Assembly: GCA_021163775.1 (NCBI GenBank) | Contig: JAGGTI010000127.1 | Span: 691-64,690, forward strand | DNA length: 64,000 nucleotides | Direction: 5' to 3' | Origin: Candidatus Zixiibacteriota bacterium | Lineage (GTDB): Bacteria; Zixibacteria; MSB-5A5; GN15; FEB-12 | In this document: positions 48,679 to 57,950 of the stretch, in pieces | Layout: each line of letters opens with the position of its first letter | Numbering within the stretch: the stretch's first letter is position 1 | Notes under the pieces: generated by a model | Seen by the model: only the letters and a program-made list of their open reading frames with translations | Database searches by the model: none | What the model was told of the DNA's origin: nothing | Position numbers and translations under genes: made by a program

Positions 48679-49647
48679 GTGATGATGAAAATTCTGGTAG
48701 TTGGACTTCAGAAAAACGCTCGTATTATGTCGGCCACGTTCGAATTGATCACGGCCGCGCGGCAGATAACAGATGACATAACCACTGTTGTACTGGCTGG
48801 AGATGCCAGTGCTGTGGCTGAACCTTTGGCCTCGCGCGGTGGCGGACAGGTAGTAGCCGTGTCCAATCCGGCGCTCGAGTTCTTCAATGACGAAATATAC
48901 GCCAAAACGCTTCGGGAATTAATTGAAAAATACCAGCCTCAACTGGTGTTGGGATCGGCTAATTCCTACGGTAAGGCACTTTTTGCTCGTTTGGCCGCTC
49001 TTGTTGGTGGACCGATGACATCCGATGCTACCGGCATTGAATTGGACGGCGATAAACTTATTATGACTCGACCAAGCTATGGTGGCTCGGTGATCGCTCG
49101 CGAAACCGCCGAAAAATCAGATAAACCGTACTTTGTGACAATTCGCCCCAAGATATTTACGGAAGCGTCCGAAGGTGCTGGCGAGATAACGGCTGAGTCG
49201 GTATCTGATGCTTGTTTTGAAGGCGATACGGTTGTCAAGGATGTCAAATCGGATTCTGGTGGTACTAAAAATTTAGCCGAAGCCGATATAGTTGTCTCGG
49301 CTGGTCGAGGCATCCGCGGTGAAGAACATGTTGGGTTGATCAAGGATTTGGCCGATTCTCTTGGTGCCGCTTTTGGTACCTCGCGAGCTGTGGTCGATGC
49401 TGGTTGGGTCGAATATGCTACTCAGGTTGGGCAGACTGGTCGGACGGTTAACCCGAAATTGTACATCGCTGTCGGTATCTCGGGTGCGATCCAGCACTTA
49501 GTGGGAATGCGTTCCTCACAGCAGATTGTGGCTATCAATAAAGACAAGGACGCGCCTATTTTCAACGTTGCCAACTATGGTATTGTTGGCGATCTGTTTG
49601 AGATTGTACCCGCTCTAGCCAAGAAGTTTAAGGCCGAATTGAACTGA
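48679..49647 (+). CDS. etfA: Electron transfer flavoprotein alpha subunit (EtfA/FixB)
   Basis: The 322-aa product has the C-terminal FAD-binding region [43 protein letters not shown]...[13 protein letters not shown]. No etfB is adjacent. Confidence 0.9.
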   Translation: MMMKILVVGLQKNARIMSATFELITAARQITDDITTVVLAGDASAVAEPLASRGGGQVVAVSNPALEFFNDEIYAKTLRELIEKYQPQLVLGSANSYGKALFARLAALVGGPMTSDATGIELDGDKLIMTRPSYGGSVIARETAEKSDKPYFVTIRPKIFTEASEGAGEITAESVSDACFEGDTVVKDVKSDSGGTKNLAEADIVVSAGRGIRGEEHVGLIKDLADSLGAAFGTSRAVVDAGWVEYATQVGQTGRTVNPKLYIAVGISGAIQHLVGMRSSQQIVAINKDKDAPIFNVANYGIVGDLFEIVPALAKKFKAELN

Positions 49648-49664
49648 GTTCGTAGAGCTGATTG

Positions 49665-49890
49665 GTATATAACCATCCTTCGGCAGATAGTAGATAGTAG
49701 GCTGGAATCCCTTGCGGTTCCAACATTGACAATTACGTGGTGTCGGGTAACCCTGCCCGACACTTGACCATTATACCAAAACAGTTAGGCAGAGTCGCCT
49801 GACAGCACAGAACAATGTCGCAGGGCGGATCCGCTTCGAATCCGCCTTCTAAGAGAATTGGCAGGTTTGAAGCAGACCTGCCCTGCAATA
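49665..49890. repeat. Intergenic palindrome-rich repeat element, locus C
   Basis: The locus contains the shared motif ctggaatcccttgcggttcc, the hairpin gtgtcggg-taaccctg-cccgacac (49740-49763), and a degenerate hairpin ...aggc-agagtc-gcctgacag (49782-49805). It also has the palindrome gcggatccgc and the hairpin ggcaggt-ttgaagcag-acctgcc. Confidence 0.65.
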
Positions 49891-49916
49891 CTTAACTGAA
49901 TTCGTTCGAATTGCAC

Positions 49917-49962
49917 AAAAAAGGCCCGCTGGCATATCGCCGACGGGCCTTTGCTATTTGTT
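49917..49962. terminator. Bidirectional rho-independent terminator between convergent genes
   Basis: The sequence reads aaaaaaggcccg...cgggcctttgctatttgttt. The stem is flanked by an A-run on one side and a T-run on the other. Confidence 0.7.
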
Positions 49963-49970
49963 TGAAGAGT

Positions 49971-51434
49971 CTACTTGCCGCCACCGGTGGAGGTAACGCT
50001 GATAACAGTATCGCCACTGAGAGAATCACAGGTGTTAGTCCTTGTCAAGGTCACTGTATATGAATGGGTAGAGTCGGCATACAGGTGGGTTACTGAAATC
50101 GCAGTTGGGTTGCTGGTGTTGTCGCCAAAATCCCATATTCTGTTAACTACTATAGCTGGCTGAGAAGTGTCGGTGAATGTGTACCAGAGCGAGCTATCCA
50201 AATGTGGATTCTGGACCACGCTGAATAATACATCGTCCGCAAGTGTGTCTGAATACGTGATCATGGCGGTCGAATCAAAGGTTGCGACAGAGTCGCCGCA
50301 CGCTCCGAAAGCCGCCAGGCTGACATCGTAGATCCCCGGATTTACGTACACGTGATACGGGTTTTGGGCGTGCGAAGTGTCACCGTCACCGAAATCCCAT
50401 AGCCAGGCGGTGTCTCCGGAGGGCTCTCTGGTGAAGGCAACTGCAAACTGACGGCCGGATATTTGACATCCCTCGTTCGGCGCTACCGCAAACGAAGCGT
50501 CACCTGGATGCGCTATGATCGTATCGTAATATGTTGTCACGCCACCCGAATCGGTTGTCACGGTCAGGCTGACTTCGTAGGTGCCGGCAACGGTGTACTC
50601 CACATCAATGACATTCGGGGCGTAGTCATATTGTTGAGGTGTCCCGACACCGAAGTCAAACAGCCACAATACGATAGTGCCGACTACTTCGCTTGTTGTG
50701 GAATCAATAATTGGCGTCGGTGTCATATCGGTGAACTGGACATACATCGGCACACAACCTTCGGCCGTATCCACCGTGAAATACGGCGCACCGCAATGCA
50801 TCACGTTGACGCTGTCAATAATGAGCGTCTGTCCGCAGTCACCGTTCACAGAGAGGCTACATAGGTACAGGCCGGGATCAGTCCATGCGTAGGTTTGTAC
50901 CGGATTTGAGTCCAGCCGCACGGTGCCGTCACCGAAAGACCAACGCCAATGGGCAACACCAAACGGATTGTGGGCGGTAAGTGTAACCGAATCGCCGGGA
51001 CAGATGGCAAAATCTGAGATGGTCATGCTGTCGATGCTGTGTCCGACAATTACTGCCCGTTTCTTGGTCTCCAGGCCGGCGCCGTCAATGGTGGTGTCAA
51101 AAACCGACAGGTTCACTGTGTAGGAGCCAATCGAGTTGTAGGCATGGCTGATATCACCGCTGTCACCGGAATCGAGATAGAGGGTGTCAAAGGTGCCGTC
51201 GCCGAAATCCCAGACCCAGCGAATTATCGATCCGCTGGAAGCATCCTCAAAATCAACCAGGAATTCACCGTTTAACAAGCAACCGGAATCGTTAACGATG
51301 CGGAACTCAGCAGTCGGATGACCTGCGATAGTGATTTCAATCGTCTCTGTTATCAATTCGTCACAGCCAGGCGAAAGAAGTAGCAAGGCAACGCCGAGCG
51401 TCACCATAATTGAAATAAACCTGATTCTCACCAT
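49971..51434 (-). CDS. Secreted/lipoprotein with about five PKD repeats
   Basis: The 487-aa product has a signal peptide ending LLSPGC. WxFGDG motifs recur: WDFGDGT, WSFGDGT, FDFGVGT, WDFGDGD and WDFGDNT. Confidence 0.8.
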   Translation of the reverse strand: MVRIRFISIMVTLGVALLLLSPGCDELITETIEITIAGHPTAEFRIVNDSGCLLNGEFLVDFEDASSGSIIRWVWDFGDGTFDTLYLDSGDSGDISHAYNSIGSYTVNLSVFDTTIDGAGLETKKRAVIVGHSIDSMTISDFAICPGDSVTLTAHNPFGVAHWRWSFGDGTVRLDSNPVQTYAWTDPGLYLCSLSVNGDCGQTLIIDSVNVMHCGAPYFTVDTAEGCVPMYVQFTDMTPTPIIDSTTSEVVGTIVLWLFDFGVGTPQQYDYAPNVIDVEYTVAGTYEVSLTVTTDSGGVTTYYDTIIAHPGDASFAVAPNEGCQISGRQFAVAFTREPSGDTAWLWDFGDGDTSHAQNPYHVYVNPGIYDVSLAAFGACGDSVATFDSTAMITYSDTLADDVLFSVVQNPHLDSSLWYTFTDTSQPAIVVNRIWDFGDNTSNPTAISVTHLYADSTHSYTVTLTRTNTCDSLSGDTVISVTSTGGGK

Positions 51435-51469
51435 AAATTTCTACTCACGAAAAGTTGCAACTATGAAGC

Positions 51470-51498
51470 TATATACAGGTCGGAGCCGGTAGTGTCAA
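51470..51498 (-). promoter_or_regulatory. Candidate sigma-70 promoter of the PKD gene
   Basis: On the minus strand: TTGACA (51498-51493), a 17-nt spacer, then TATATA (51475-51470), about 35 nt upstream of the ATG. Confidence 0.4.
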
Positions 51499-51518
51499 TT
51501 TATAAAACCCCGAGCGGT

Positions 51519-51571
51519 AAAGGTTCCCATCATTGTCCGCTGTTCTGGAAGCATTGTCTCTGGGAACCTTT
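51519..51571. repeat. Perfect 11-bp inverted repeat in a divergent intergenic region
   Basis: The arms are aaaggttccca (51519-51529) and tgggaaccttt (51561-51571). The 31-nt spacer contains the direct repeat cattgtc twice. Confidence 0.7.
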
Positions 51572-51805
51572 GGGTGGGTGATGGGCTACAAGGGCTGATT
51601 TGCCGTGTGGACGACCCCCACCTGGGTCAAACATGTTGCCAGGGGGGTGCTATTTGGTTATGTTCGGGAGTTGGCTGGGTTGACCGGATTAGGCTGGCGA
51701 TTAAGGTGGATTATAATATCTGGTCAAATAGCTTTTATGTAGAACAACCTGTCTGGTGTCGGCCCAATGCCGCCACTGTTTGTAAGGGTTGTATTGAGGT
51801 GAAGG

Positions 51806-54484
51806 GTGAGAAAATCAATCAAATTGCTGGTCGTGTTTCTGGCGTTGCCTTTGATAGCCAATGCCGAGGTGGCTGAGACGTACAAGACTGAGGCCGGTCA
51901 ATCTACCGGGATTGCTTCTAATGTAGCTATTGATGTTATCGGCCACGGTGTCAGCCCCACTGGGGTCTGGTTAGCTACTGGCAAAGGCGTGGCCTACTCG
52001 CCTGACGATGGCACCAGTTGGTTCTCATACAATACTGCGCATGGGTTGCCGAGCGAAAATCTGTCGGCCATTTTCTCGGTTGATGGTCGCATATGGGTGG
52101 CCAGCAATCACAATGAGCTTATCAATGAGCAGTTGATGACGCTCTCTGATGGTCTGAGTTACTCCGATGACGATGGCGAAACCTGGGTGACGCTTGATTT
52201 TGGTCCTGACGGTCTAAATATCCCATATGTCGAGGGCGGTGACCGGACAATCTTTGACATCACTGGACACACCGATCCCGGTTTCTTCAACAACCGTCCT
52301 GTTGACAGTAGTGACGCGGACTGGTTGTTCTTTGCCGCCTTTGCCGGAGGATTGTTGGCGTCTCAGGACGGTGGCGACCATTGGCAACGTATTTTTCCTT
52401 CGCCGTATGATTCAATCCAATTTGCTTTGTCCGGTGAGGCTCCGTCATTGCGAAATAGATATTTCTCTTGTGTGGCTGATACATCGCATGGCGATTCGCT
52501 CTTTCTCTGGGCCGGTACGGCCGCCGGAATTTTCCAATATGTATTTGCTCCGCCTCGTGATAAACTGTATTCACACTGGATCAACCGGATAAGTTTCTGT
52601 GATTCCCTCTCCAGAGGTGACGGTAGCCTCCTGTTCATCGGTGGCGAAAGCGGTCTTTCGCTCGGTTCGGCGGCAGGCGGCCATCTGGCCACCCGGTTTG
52701 AGATTGACGGTCTTCCGGGAGAGGAAATAACCGCTACGCTGAGTATCGGGGATCGCCTTTTAGTCGGTACGGCTGATCACGCCACCGGCATGCCAACCGG
52801 GTTGGCCATATCCTATGATGGCGGTGAGTCCTTTACTACCCCTGCGGTACCCTGGGCACTCGACTCCGGCCTAACTATAATAGATTTTGCCAAGATGAAT
52901 GGTCGAGTCTATGCCGCGATTGAGGGAGCCGGGTTGTATGTTTCGGTTGACTCCGGTCAGGTTTGGCAACAATTACCTCTGGATACGTTATATACAAATT
53001 CAGCCCTGTGGACAGCCAACTCGCTGGCCACACTGGCAGATACTCTTCTGATCGGAACCGATTCCGGTTTGGTGAATCTGACTTTGGATGGCGCCGGTGA
53101 TATTATTGCCGCTACCAACATTCCCTTTGTCGACACCGACAGCACCGGGGCTAAGGTGATTCGTATTCGCCATCAGACCTGGAGTGATGACTACACCGAC
53201 CACAGTATCCTCTGGACCATTAATCGCCCGCTTACCGGTAATGGCATACCGATGGTGGGCCGGTTCGGACCAGTCACGGTAGATTCACTGTATGATTCAG
53301 TATTTGATACGGTACAAATCGATACTCTGATCATCGATACGTTGGTAGACTTGACCTATGATACTACCGGATTCGCCTGGAACTACTATCGCCAGGGAGT
53401 CGAAATTCGGGATGTGAATTTCTTCAGCGATACTGTTTTTATGGTGGGTGATCTGGCCGTCTGGTTTAGCCCGCGGGGTGCCGAACCGACCAATCATTTT
53501 TCAGTTCGCCAGTATTATGATGATACGCTGGTAGTGGCAAGTCTGGACAATGATACTGTGACAGTTATGGAAGTGAGACAGGATACGGTTATTTTTGGCA
53601 GTTCCAATGGTGTTGCGATTTCTACTGACCGGGGCAGATCATTTGAGATTTATCGTGCCAATACTGACACGCTGTCAGCCGATGTGGTCGTCAACCATTC
53701 CTACATCAGTTCCGGCTTCGGTTTGGTAGGTGATTTCATCCCGGCGCTTGGTGTGCAGTATCTCGATGATGGCCTGGCCCGTATTTGGGCTGGAGCACGC
53801 CCAGCTACTTTTGGTAACCAGGGCATTTCTGCGGGCGATTTTGATCCGGTTACTGGAAACTTGGTCTGGCAGACGGTCTACAAGGATGACTTTGCCTGGA
53901 ACTTCGAATTCATCGGCGATACAATTTTTGCCGCTACCAATAACGGTCTACTCCTTTGCGATGGCGCTTTAGACAGCCTGAACACTACCTGGGGAGTAGT
54001 CGCTCTGACTGATAGCGCATCCGGCGAGGTATTAGTTGAGCATGGAACCGGAGTCTACGGTGTTGAAATGATCGATCCGTACATCTGGGTTGGTACCGAT
54101 GACGGTACCGTACGCCTCAGTCGCAGTGATCTTTGGAGTCAAACCCTGTTCAGGCGAGTCGATTCGACCACAGCGGCCAACGAAGTATACGCATTTCCGG
54201 TACCGTTCCGCCCCAATAGGGGACAGGAAGTTGATTTCCATTTTGTTGCTGAACAGGCTGGAACCGTAACGCTTGAGATCTATGATTTTGCCATGAACCT
54301 CGTGGCCCGACCGCTTGACAATGTTGAACTTCCGGCAGGTATCTATCCACCGCAGGGAAGCCAGGGAGTCACCTGGGATGGTTACAATGCTCAGGGCGAT
54401 ATGGTGGCAGTTGGTATTTATTACTTCAAAGTTGAATTTCAAAATGGTGACACCCGCTGGGGCAAACTGGCGGTGATCCCATAA
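51806..54484 (+). CDS. Secreted BNR/Asp-box beta-propeller repeat protein with FlgD-Ig/T9SS-type C-terminal domain
   Basis: The 892-aa product has signal peptide MRKSIKLLVVFLALPLIANA. Six Asp-box-like motifs are present: SPDDGTSW, SDDDGETW, SQDGGDHW, SYDGGESF, SVDSGQVW and STDRGRSF. The C-terminus reads YAFPVPFRPNRGQEVDFHF...GIYYFKVEF...GKLAVIP. Confidence 0.7.
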   Translation: MRKSIKLLVVFLALPLIANAEVAETYKTEAGQSTGIASNVAIDVIGHGVSPTGVWLATGKGVAYSPDDGTSWFSYNTAHGLPSENLSAIFSVDGRIWVASNHNELINEQLMTLSDGLSYSDDDGETWVTLDFGPDGLNIPYVEGGDRTIFDITGHTDPGFFNNRPVDSSDADWLFFAAFAGGLLASQDGGDHWQRIFPSPYDSIQFALSGEAPSLRNRYFSCVADTSHGDSLFLWAGTAAGIFQYVFAPPRDKLYSHWINRISFCDSLSRGDGSLLFIGGESGLSLGSAAGGHLATRFEIDGLPGEEITATLSIGDRLLVGTADHATGMPTGLAISYDGGESFTTPAVPWALDSGLTIIDFAKMNGRVYAAIEGAGLYVSVDSGQVWQQLPLDTLYTNSALWTANSLATLADTLLIGTDSGLVNLTLDGAGDIIAATNIPFVDTDSTGAKVIRIRHQTWSDDYTDHSILWTINRPLTGNGIPMVGRFGPVTVDSLYDSVFDTVQIDTLIIDTLVDLTYDTTGFAWNYYRQGVEIRDVNFFSDTVFMVGDLAVWFSPRGAEPTNHFSVRQYYDDTLVVASLDNDTVTVMEVRQDTVIFGSSNGVAISTDRGRSFEIYRANTDTLSADVVVNHSYISSGFGLVGDFIPALGVQYLDDGLARIWAGARPATFGNQGISAGDFDPVTGNLVWQTVYKDDFAWNFEFIGDTIFAATNNGLLLCDGALDSLNTTWGVVALTDSASGEVLVEHGTGVYGVEMIDPYIWVGTDDGTVRLSRSDLWSQTLFRRVDSTTAANEVYAFPVPFRPNRGQEVDFHFVAEQAGTVTLEIYDFAMNLVARPLDNVELPAGIYPPQGSQGVTWDGYNAQGDMVAVGIYYFKVEFQNGDTRWGKLAVIP

Positions 54485-54495
54485 AGGATATTGAG

Positions 54496-55476
54496 ATGGC
54501 AAGATTTGCGGCAATTATTGGACTTCTGACAATCCTGGCGGCCGGTGCGATCGGTGGTGAAGGCGATGGCGGTTATGCTGGTGCCTGGCTACTTGTACCG
54601 GCAGGAGCGCGTCCGACAGCGATGGGCGGAGCCTATCTGGCTGTCTCAGATGATGGCGCCGCGCCCCTGTTCAATCCGGCCGGTCTGGCCCGGTTGCAAC
54701 GGCCTATGCTGTCATCTTCATATCGTACTATGTCGATGGGGCGTCAATTGGGATATGTGACGGCAATGTTCCCGGTTCGTGGTCAATCGACCCTCGGGGT
54801 TCATTGGCTTTACGCCGGTTCCGGATCGGTGGAAGCACGTGACAGCGATGGCTACCTTCAGGGCTACGATATTGACATGAACTCGCACCAGTTAGCGATT
54901 GTTTTCGCAAAACGCTTCGAGCGATTCTTCTCGTTTGGTGTCAATATTAATTACCTGATGTCGCGGATTTCGGAGATGAGTGTCAATACGGTCGGTTTTG
55001 ATTTCGGTTTGATGCTTTATGTTGAGCAACTTTTTGATCGTGAAAATCGTGACAAACTGCCGGTGCGTGATCTCCAGATTGGTATTACAGCAAAGAACTT
55101 CTCCAAGGAACTGCGCTGGACTACTGAAAAATATGATCTAAAATACACGACCGATGACTTCGGCTCCGCGCAGGATGACAAAATACCGATCGAGGTTGGT
55201 CTCGGTGTTTCGGCCCGCTGGTTGGATCGTAAACTGTTGACAGCCGTTGATCTGTACAAGAACGACAAGCAGGGTGCCCGCTTACATATTGGGGCCGAGT
55301 ATTTCCTCAGACCGGAAGTCATGTTGCGGTCCGGCTATTCAGATGGTCGCATGACGGCCGGTACCGGCTACGTATTCCAAGTGGGGAATAAGACGCTCGC
55401 TATTGATTACGCATTTTCTACCGACCGGGTCGATGAAGGCTCGGAACATATTTTTTCGTTCGACCTGCTTTTTTAA
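54496..55476 (+). CDS. PorV/PorQ family outer-membrane beta-barrel protein (paralog 3)
   Basis: The family signature is GAWLLVPAGARPTAMGGAYLAVSDDGAAPLFNPAGLA. The product ends in the aromatic sequence FSFDLLF. The gene starts 11 nt after the BNR gene. Confidence 0.65.
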   Translation: MARFAAIIGLLTILAAGAIGGEGDGGYAGAWLLVPAGARPTAMGGAYLAVSDDGAAPLFNPAGLARLQRPMLSSSYRTMSMGRQLGYVTAMFPVRGQSTLGVHWLYAGSGSVEARDSDGYLQGYDIDMNSHQLAIVFAKRFERFFSFGVNINYLMSRISEMSVNTVGFDFGLMLYVEQLFDRENRDKLPVRDLQIGITAKNFSKELRWTTEKYDLKYTTDDFGSAQDDKIPIEVGLGVSARWLDRKLLTAVDLYKNDKQGARLHIGAEYFLRPEVMLRSGYSDGRMTAGTGYVFQVGNKTLAIDYAFSTDRVDEGSEHIFSFDLLF

Positions 55477-55488
55477 GGATGGTGCCTG

Positions 55489-56385
55489 ATGGCAAAACGA
55501 GCCATATATTTAACCCTTCTCGTGATACCGTTGATGGTATCGACCGGTTTTAGCCAGGATGGTCTGGCCCTGATGAAAGTCGAAGCTGGTGCTCGACCTG
55601 CCGGTATGGGCGGCGCTTTTGTAGCAATTAACGGTGATCCCAACGCTTCCTTTTATAACCCGGCTGGGGCTGGTTTCACTGACAAGTTTATCACTTCGGT
55701 TGGCCACAATACCTACTGGGAAAATATCCGTCTTGAGACGATATTTTTCGCCTCCAACGGTACCAAAAATACCTGGATTCACGGCGGTATACGCTATGCT
55801 ACGGTAAGTGATATGGAGTTCCGCCTGGTTCCTTCGGCTGAACCGGATAGTTATTTTTCACTCTACGATGTTTCTTTCAAGGGCGGTTTAGCTCGACGTA
55901 TCGGCCAAAAGTTAGTGGTTGGTGTCTCGCTCGGCTGGTTTATTGAGAAGATTGATATCTATCGTGGTTCAGTGTTCAATATTGATCTCGGTGCGATTTA
56001 TGAAATCAAACCGGGTATGACGTTCGGTGCTTCGGCCACCAATATTGGCTCGGACATATCGCTCAGTGTGTCGTCCCAGCCCGGAACCACGCCGATTTCA
56101 ATCCCTACTACCTATCGTTTCGGTGGTGCCTTACAGCATGATTGGGGGCTGGGTGCGGTCGACCTGGTGTTTGTGGATGATGACGCCCACTTACATGTCG
56201 GTGTCGAGCGGGAGATGCACGAGTTGTTCGATTTACGGGCCGGTTACATGTTTGGCTATGACAGTAAAAATTTATCTGCGGGGGTTTCATTCAAACAAAG
56301 AAAACTGACAATTGATTATGCGTTTGTGCCATACTCCAACAGCCTCGGTACGGCGCACCTTTTTAACCTGACCTTTATTCTTTAG
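55489..56385 (+). CDS. PorV/PorQ family outer-membrane beta-barrel protein (paralog 4)
   Basis: The family signature is LALMKVEAGARPAGMGGAFVAINGDPNASFYNPAGA. The product ends LFNLTFIL. The gene starts 12 nt after paralog 3. Confidence 0.65.
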   Translation: MAKRAIYLTLLVIPLMVSTGFSQDGLALMKVEAGARPAGMGGAFVAINGDPNASFYNPAGAGFTDKFITSVGHNTYWENIRLETIFFASNGTKNTWIHGGIRYATVSDMEFRLVPSAEPDSYFSLYDVSFKGGLARRIGQKLVVGVSLGWFIEKIDIYRGSVFNIDLGAIYEIKPGMTFGASATNIGSDISLSVSSQPGTTPISIPTTYRFGGALQHDWGLGAVDLVFVDDDAHLHVGVEREMHELFDLRAGYMFGYDSKNLSAGVSFKQRKLTIDYAFVPYSNSLGTAHLFNLTFIL

Positions 56386-56403
56386 ATAACAGGAGTTACA
56401 AAG

Positions 56404-57522
56404 ATGGCGAAGTACAAGATTGCCTGGTTACCGGGCGATGGTGTTGGTAATGATGTCATGGAAGCGGCGAAGATCGTACTCGACAAGATCAATCTCGACG
56501 CCGAATACCCACATGGTGACATCGGTTGGGAGTTCTGGAAGGCTGAGGCCAACCCGCTACCGGATCGCACTGTCAAACTACTAAATGAATCCGACTGTGC
56601 GCTGTTCGGTGCGATTACTTCAATGCCGAAAGAAGAGTGCGAGAAGGAACTGATCCCTGAGCTACAGGGTAAGGGACATGTCTACGCCTCGCCGATCGTG
56701 AGGTTGCGACAGGAGTTCAACCTGCGCACCAACCTGCGGCCGTGCAAAGCGTACCCCGGCAATCCGCTTAATTACAAAGATAATATCGACCTGGTTGTGT
56801 TCCGCGAAAATACCGAAGATCTTTACTCCGGGGTTGAGTTTCATCCGTTACCGAATGAAGTTCGCGCGGCGCTCAAGAAGTACAACAAGAAGATGGCGCG
56901 GTTTGATAGTGTCGATGGTGCTGACATCGCCATATCACTGCGTATCAACACCCGTCAGGCTTGCCGCAACATCATCGTTGATGCTTTTGAACTGGCTAAG
57001 AAACAGGGTCGCAAGAGTGTGACGGTGGTTGAGAAACCGAACGTCGTGCGGGAGACTTCCGGCCTGATGGTTCGCACCGCCCGCGAAGTAGCCAGGGACT
57101 ACCCTGGTATTGAACTGTGGGAGACCAATATCGATGCTATGTGCATGTGGTTGATCAAGAACCCGCTCGACTATGGTATTTTGGTGACAACGAATTTGTT
57201 CGGCGACATTGTCAGCGATCTTTGTGCGCAACTGGTCGGTGGTTTGGGCTTTGCGGCTTCGGGTAATATCGGTGACAAACTGGCTGTGTTCGAACCTACT
57301 CATGGTTCGGCGCCAAAATATGCCGGGCAGTACAAGGTCAACCCGATGGCTATGCTGTTATCGATTAAACTGATGCTGGAGTGGCTCGGTGAGCAACAGC
57401 TCGCAGACAAACTCGAAACGGCGATGGCGGCGGTTATCAAAGAGGGCAAGGTCCGCACTTACGATGTGGGTGGTTCCAACACGACCCTTGAAGTAGCCGA
57501 GGCGGTCGCGGCCAAACTGTAG
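56404..57522 (+). CDS. Isocitrate/isopropylmalate dehydrogenase family protein (substrate not assignable by eye)
   Basis: The 372-aa product has the N-terminus IAWLPGDGVGNDVMEAA, plus SPIVRLRQEFNLRTNLRPCK, VVFRENTEDLYSG and NLFGDIVSDLCAQLVGGLG motifs. Confidence 0.8.
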   Translation: MAKYKIAWLPGDGVGNDVMEAAKIVLDKINLDAEYPHGDIGWEFWKAEANPLPDRTVKLLNESDCALFGAITSMPKEECEKELIPELQGKGHVYASPIVRLRQEFNLRTNLRPCKAYPGNPLNYKDNIDLVVFRENTEDLYSGVEFHPLPNEVRAALKKYNKKMARFDSVDGADIAISLRINTRQACRNIIVDAFELAKKQGRKSVTVVEKPNVVRETSGLMVRTAREVARDYPGIELWETNIDAMCMWLIKNPLDYGILVTTNLFGDIVSDLCAQLVGGLGFAASGNIGDKLAVFEPTHGSAPKYAGQYKVNPMAMLLSIKLMLEWLGEQQLADKLETAMAAVIKEGKVRTYDVGGSNTTLEVAEAVAAKL

Positions 57523-57800
57523 TAGTCGGAATCCCTGTGGTTCCGATAGGGAGTCAAGTAGGTCGGTGTTCCGACAGCCTCTTCAGAGACTGGAGAAACC
57601 CGACACGCGTTTGTGCGTGGTGTACGCCCTCGTGCGCCACGGGGCTCTGGGGCAGACGGGGGCGTCTGCCGCCCACAAAACCCGCTGGGTGGGGTACCGG
57701 GTGATCGTTGAGATTTGGGCCAAGAAAAGTAGGTCGAACCCAGACCGTAATGAGCCAGGCGAAGAACGGACGGGTTCGACATCGGTTCCTAACCAACACA
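57518..57800. repeat. Intergenic repeat element, locus D (more diverged) within a 450-bp spacer
   Basis: The locus has the shared motif gtagtcggaatccctgtggttcc (57521-57545) and the hairpin ggcagacg-gggg-cgtctgcc (57651-57670). A 9-bp stem, gtcgaaccc...gggttcgac, lies around 57735-57795. Confidence 0.5.
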
Positions 57801-57920
57801 ATCCCACTAACTTACGCTACTTCTGCGCAAAAGATGCACATTCGCAGTCCATATCTGGATATGTAAACGGAATATGTTGTCTGACAGCGGGTTAGTCCGT
57901 AAATTACAAATATAAATTCT

Positions 57921-57950
57921 GGAACTTCCAGCCGACATGGTGGTACTATA
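57921..57950 (+). promoter_or_regulatory. Possible autoregulated ECF-type promoter
   Basis: GGAACTT (57921-57927) resembles an ECF -35 element and lies 52 nt upstream of the sigma-factor ATG. The -10 region is not convincing. Confidence 0.25.

Noticed and set aside
49820-49850. tRNA- or tmRNA-like TTCGAA / GGTTCGA strings in the repeat loci (also around 44430-44445 and 57770-57790)
   Set aside because: The flanking bases do not form a 5-bp T-stem around a 7-nt T-loop, and no acceptor or anticodon arms could be built. The strings are parts of palindromes such as gcggatccgc...ttcgaa.
49971-51434. Periodic repeats that could be mistaken for a CRISPR or other tandem array
   Set aside because: The periodicity comes from five divergent PKD domains in one continuous ORF. 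There are no identical direct repeats with unique spacers anywhere in the window.
51574-51876. A 100-aa plus-strand ORF in the PKD/BNR divergent region
   Set aside because: It overlaps the signal-peptide-encoding start of the BNR gene in another frame. Its product is Cys/Gly-rich with no motif or RBS.
57459-57895. Three overlapping ORFs (57566-57895 +, 57459-57782 -, 57554-57799 -) in the 450-bp spacer
   Set aside because: All three overlap each other inside the GC-rich repeat region. Their translations are Arg/Pro/Gly-rich and low-complexity, and none has an RBS. They are better explained as a consequence of GC-rich structured DNA.
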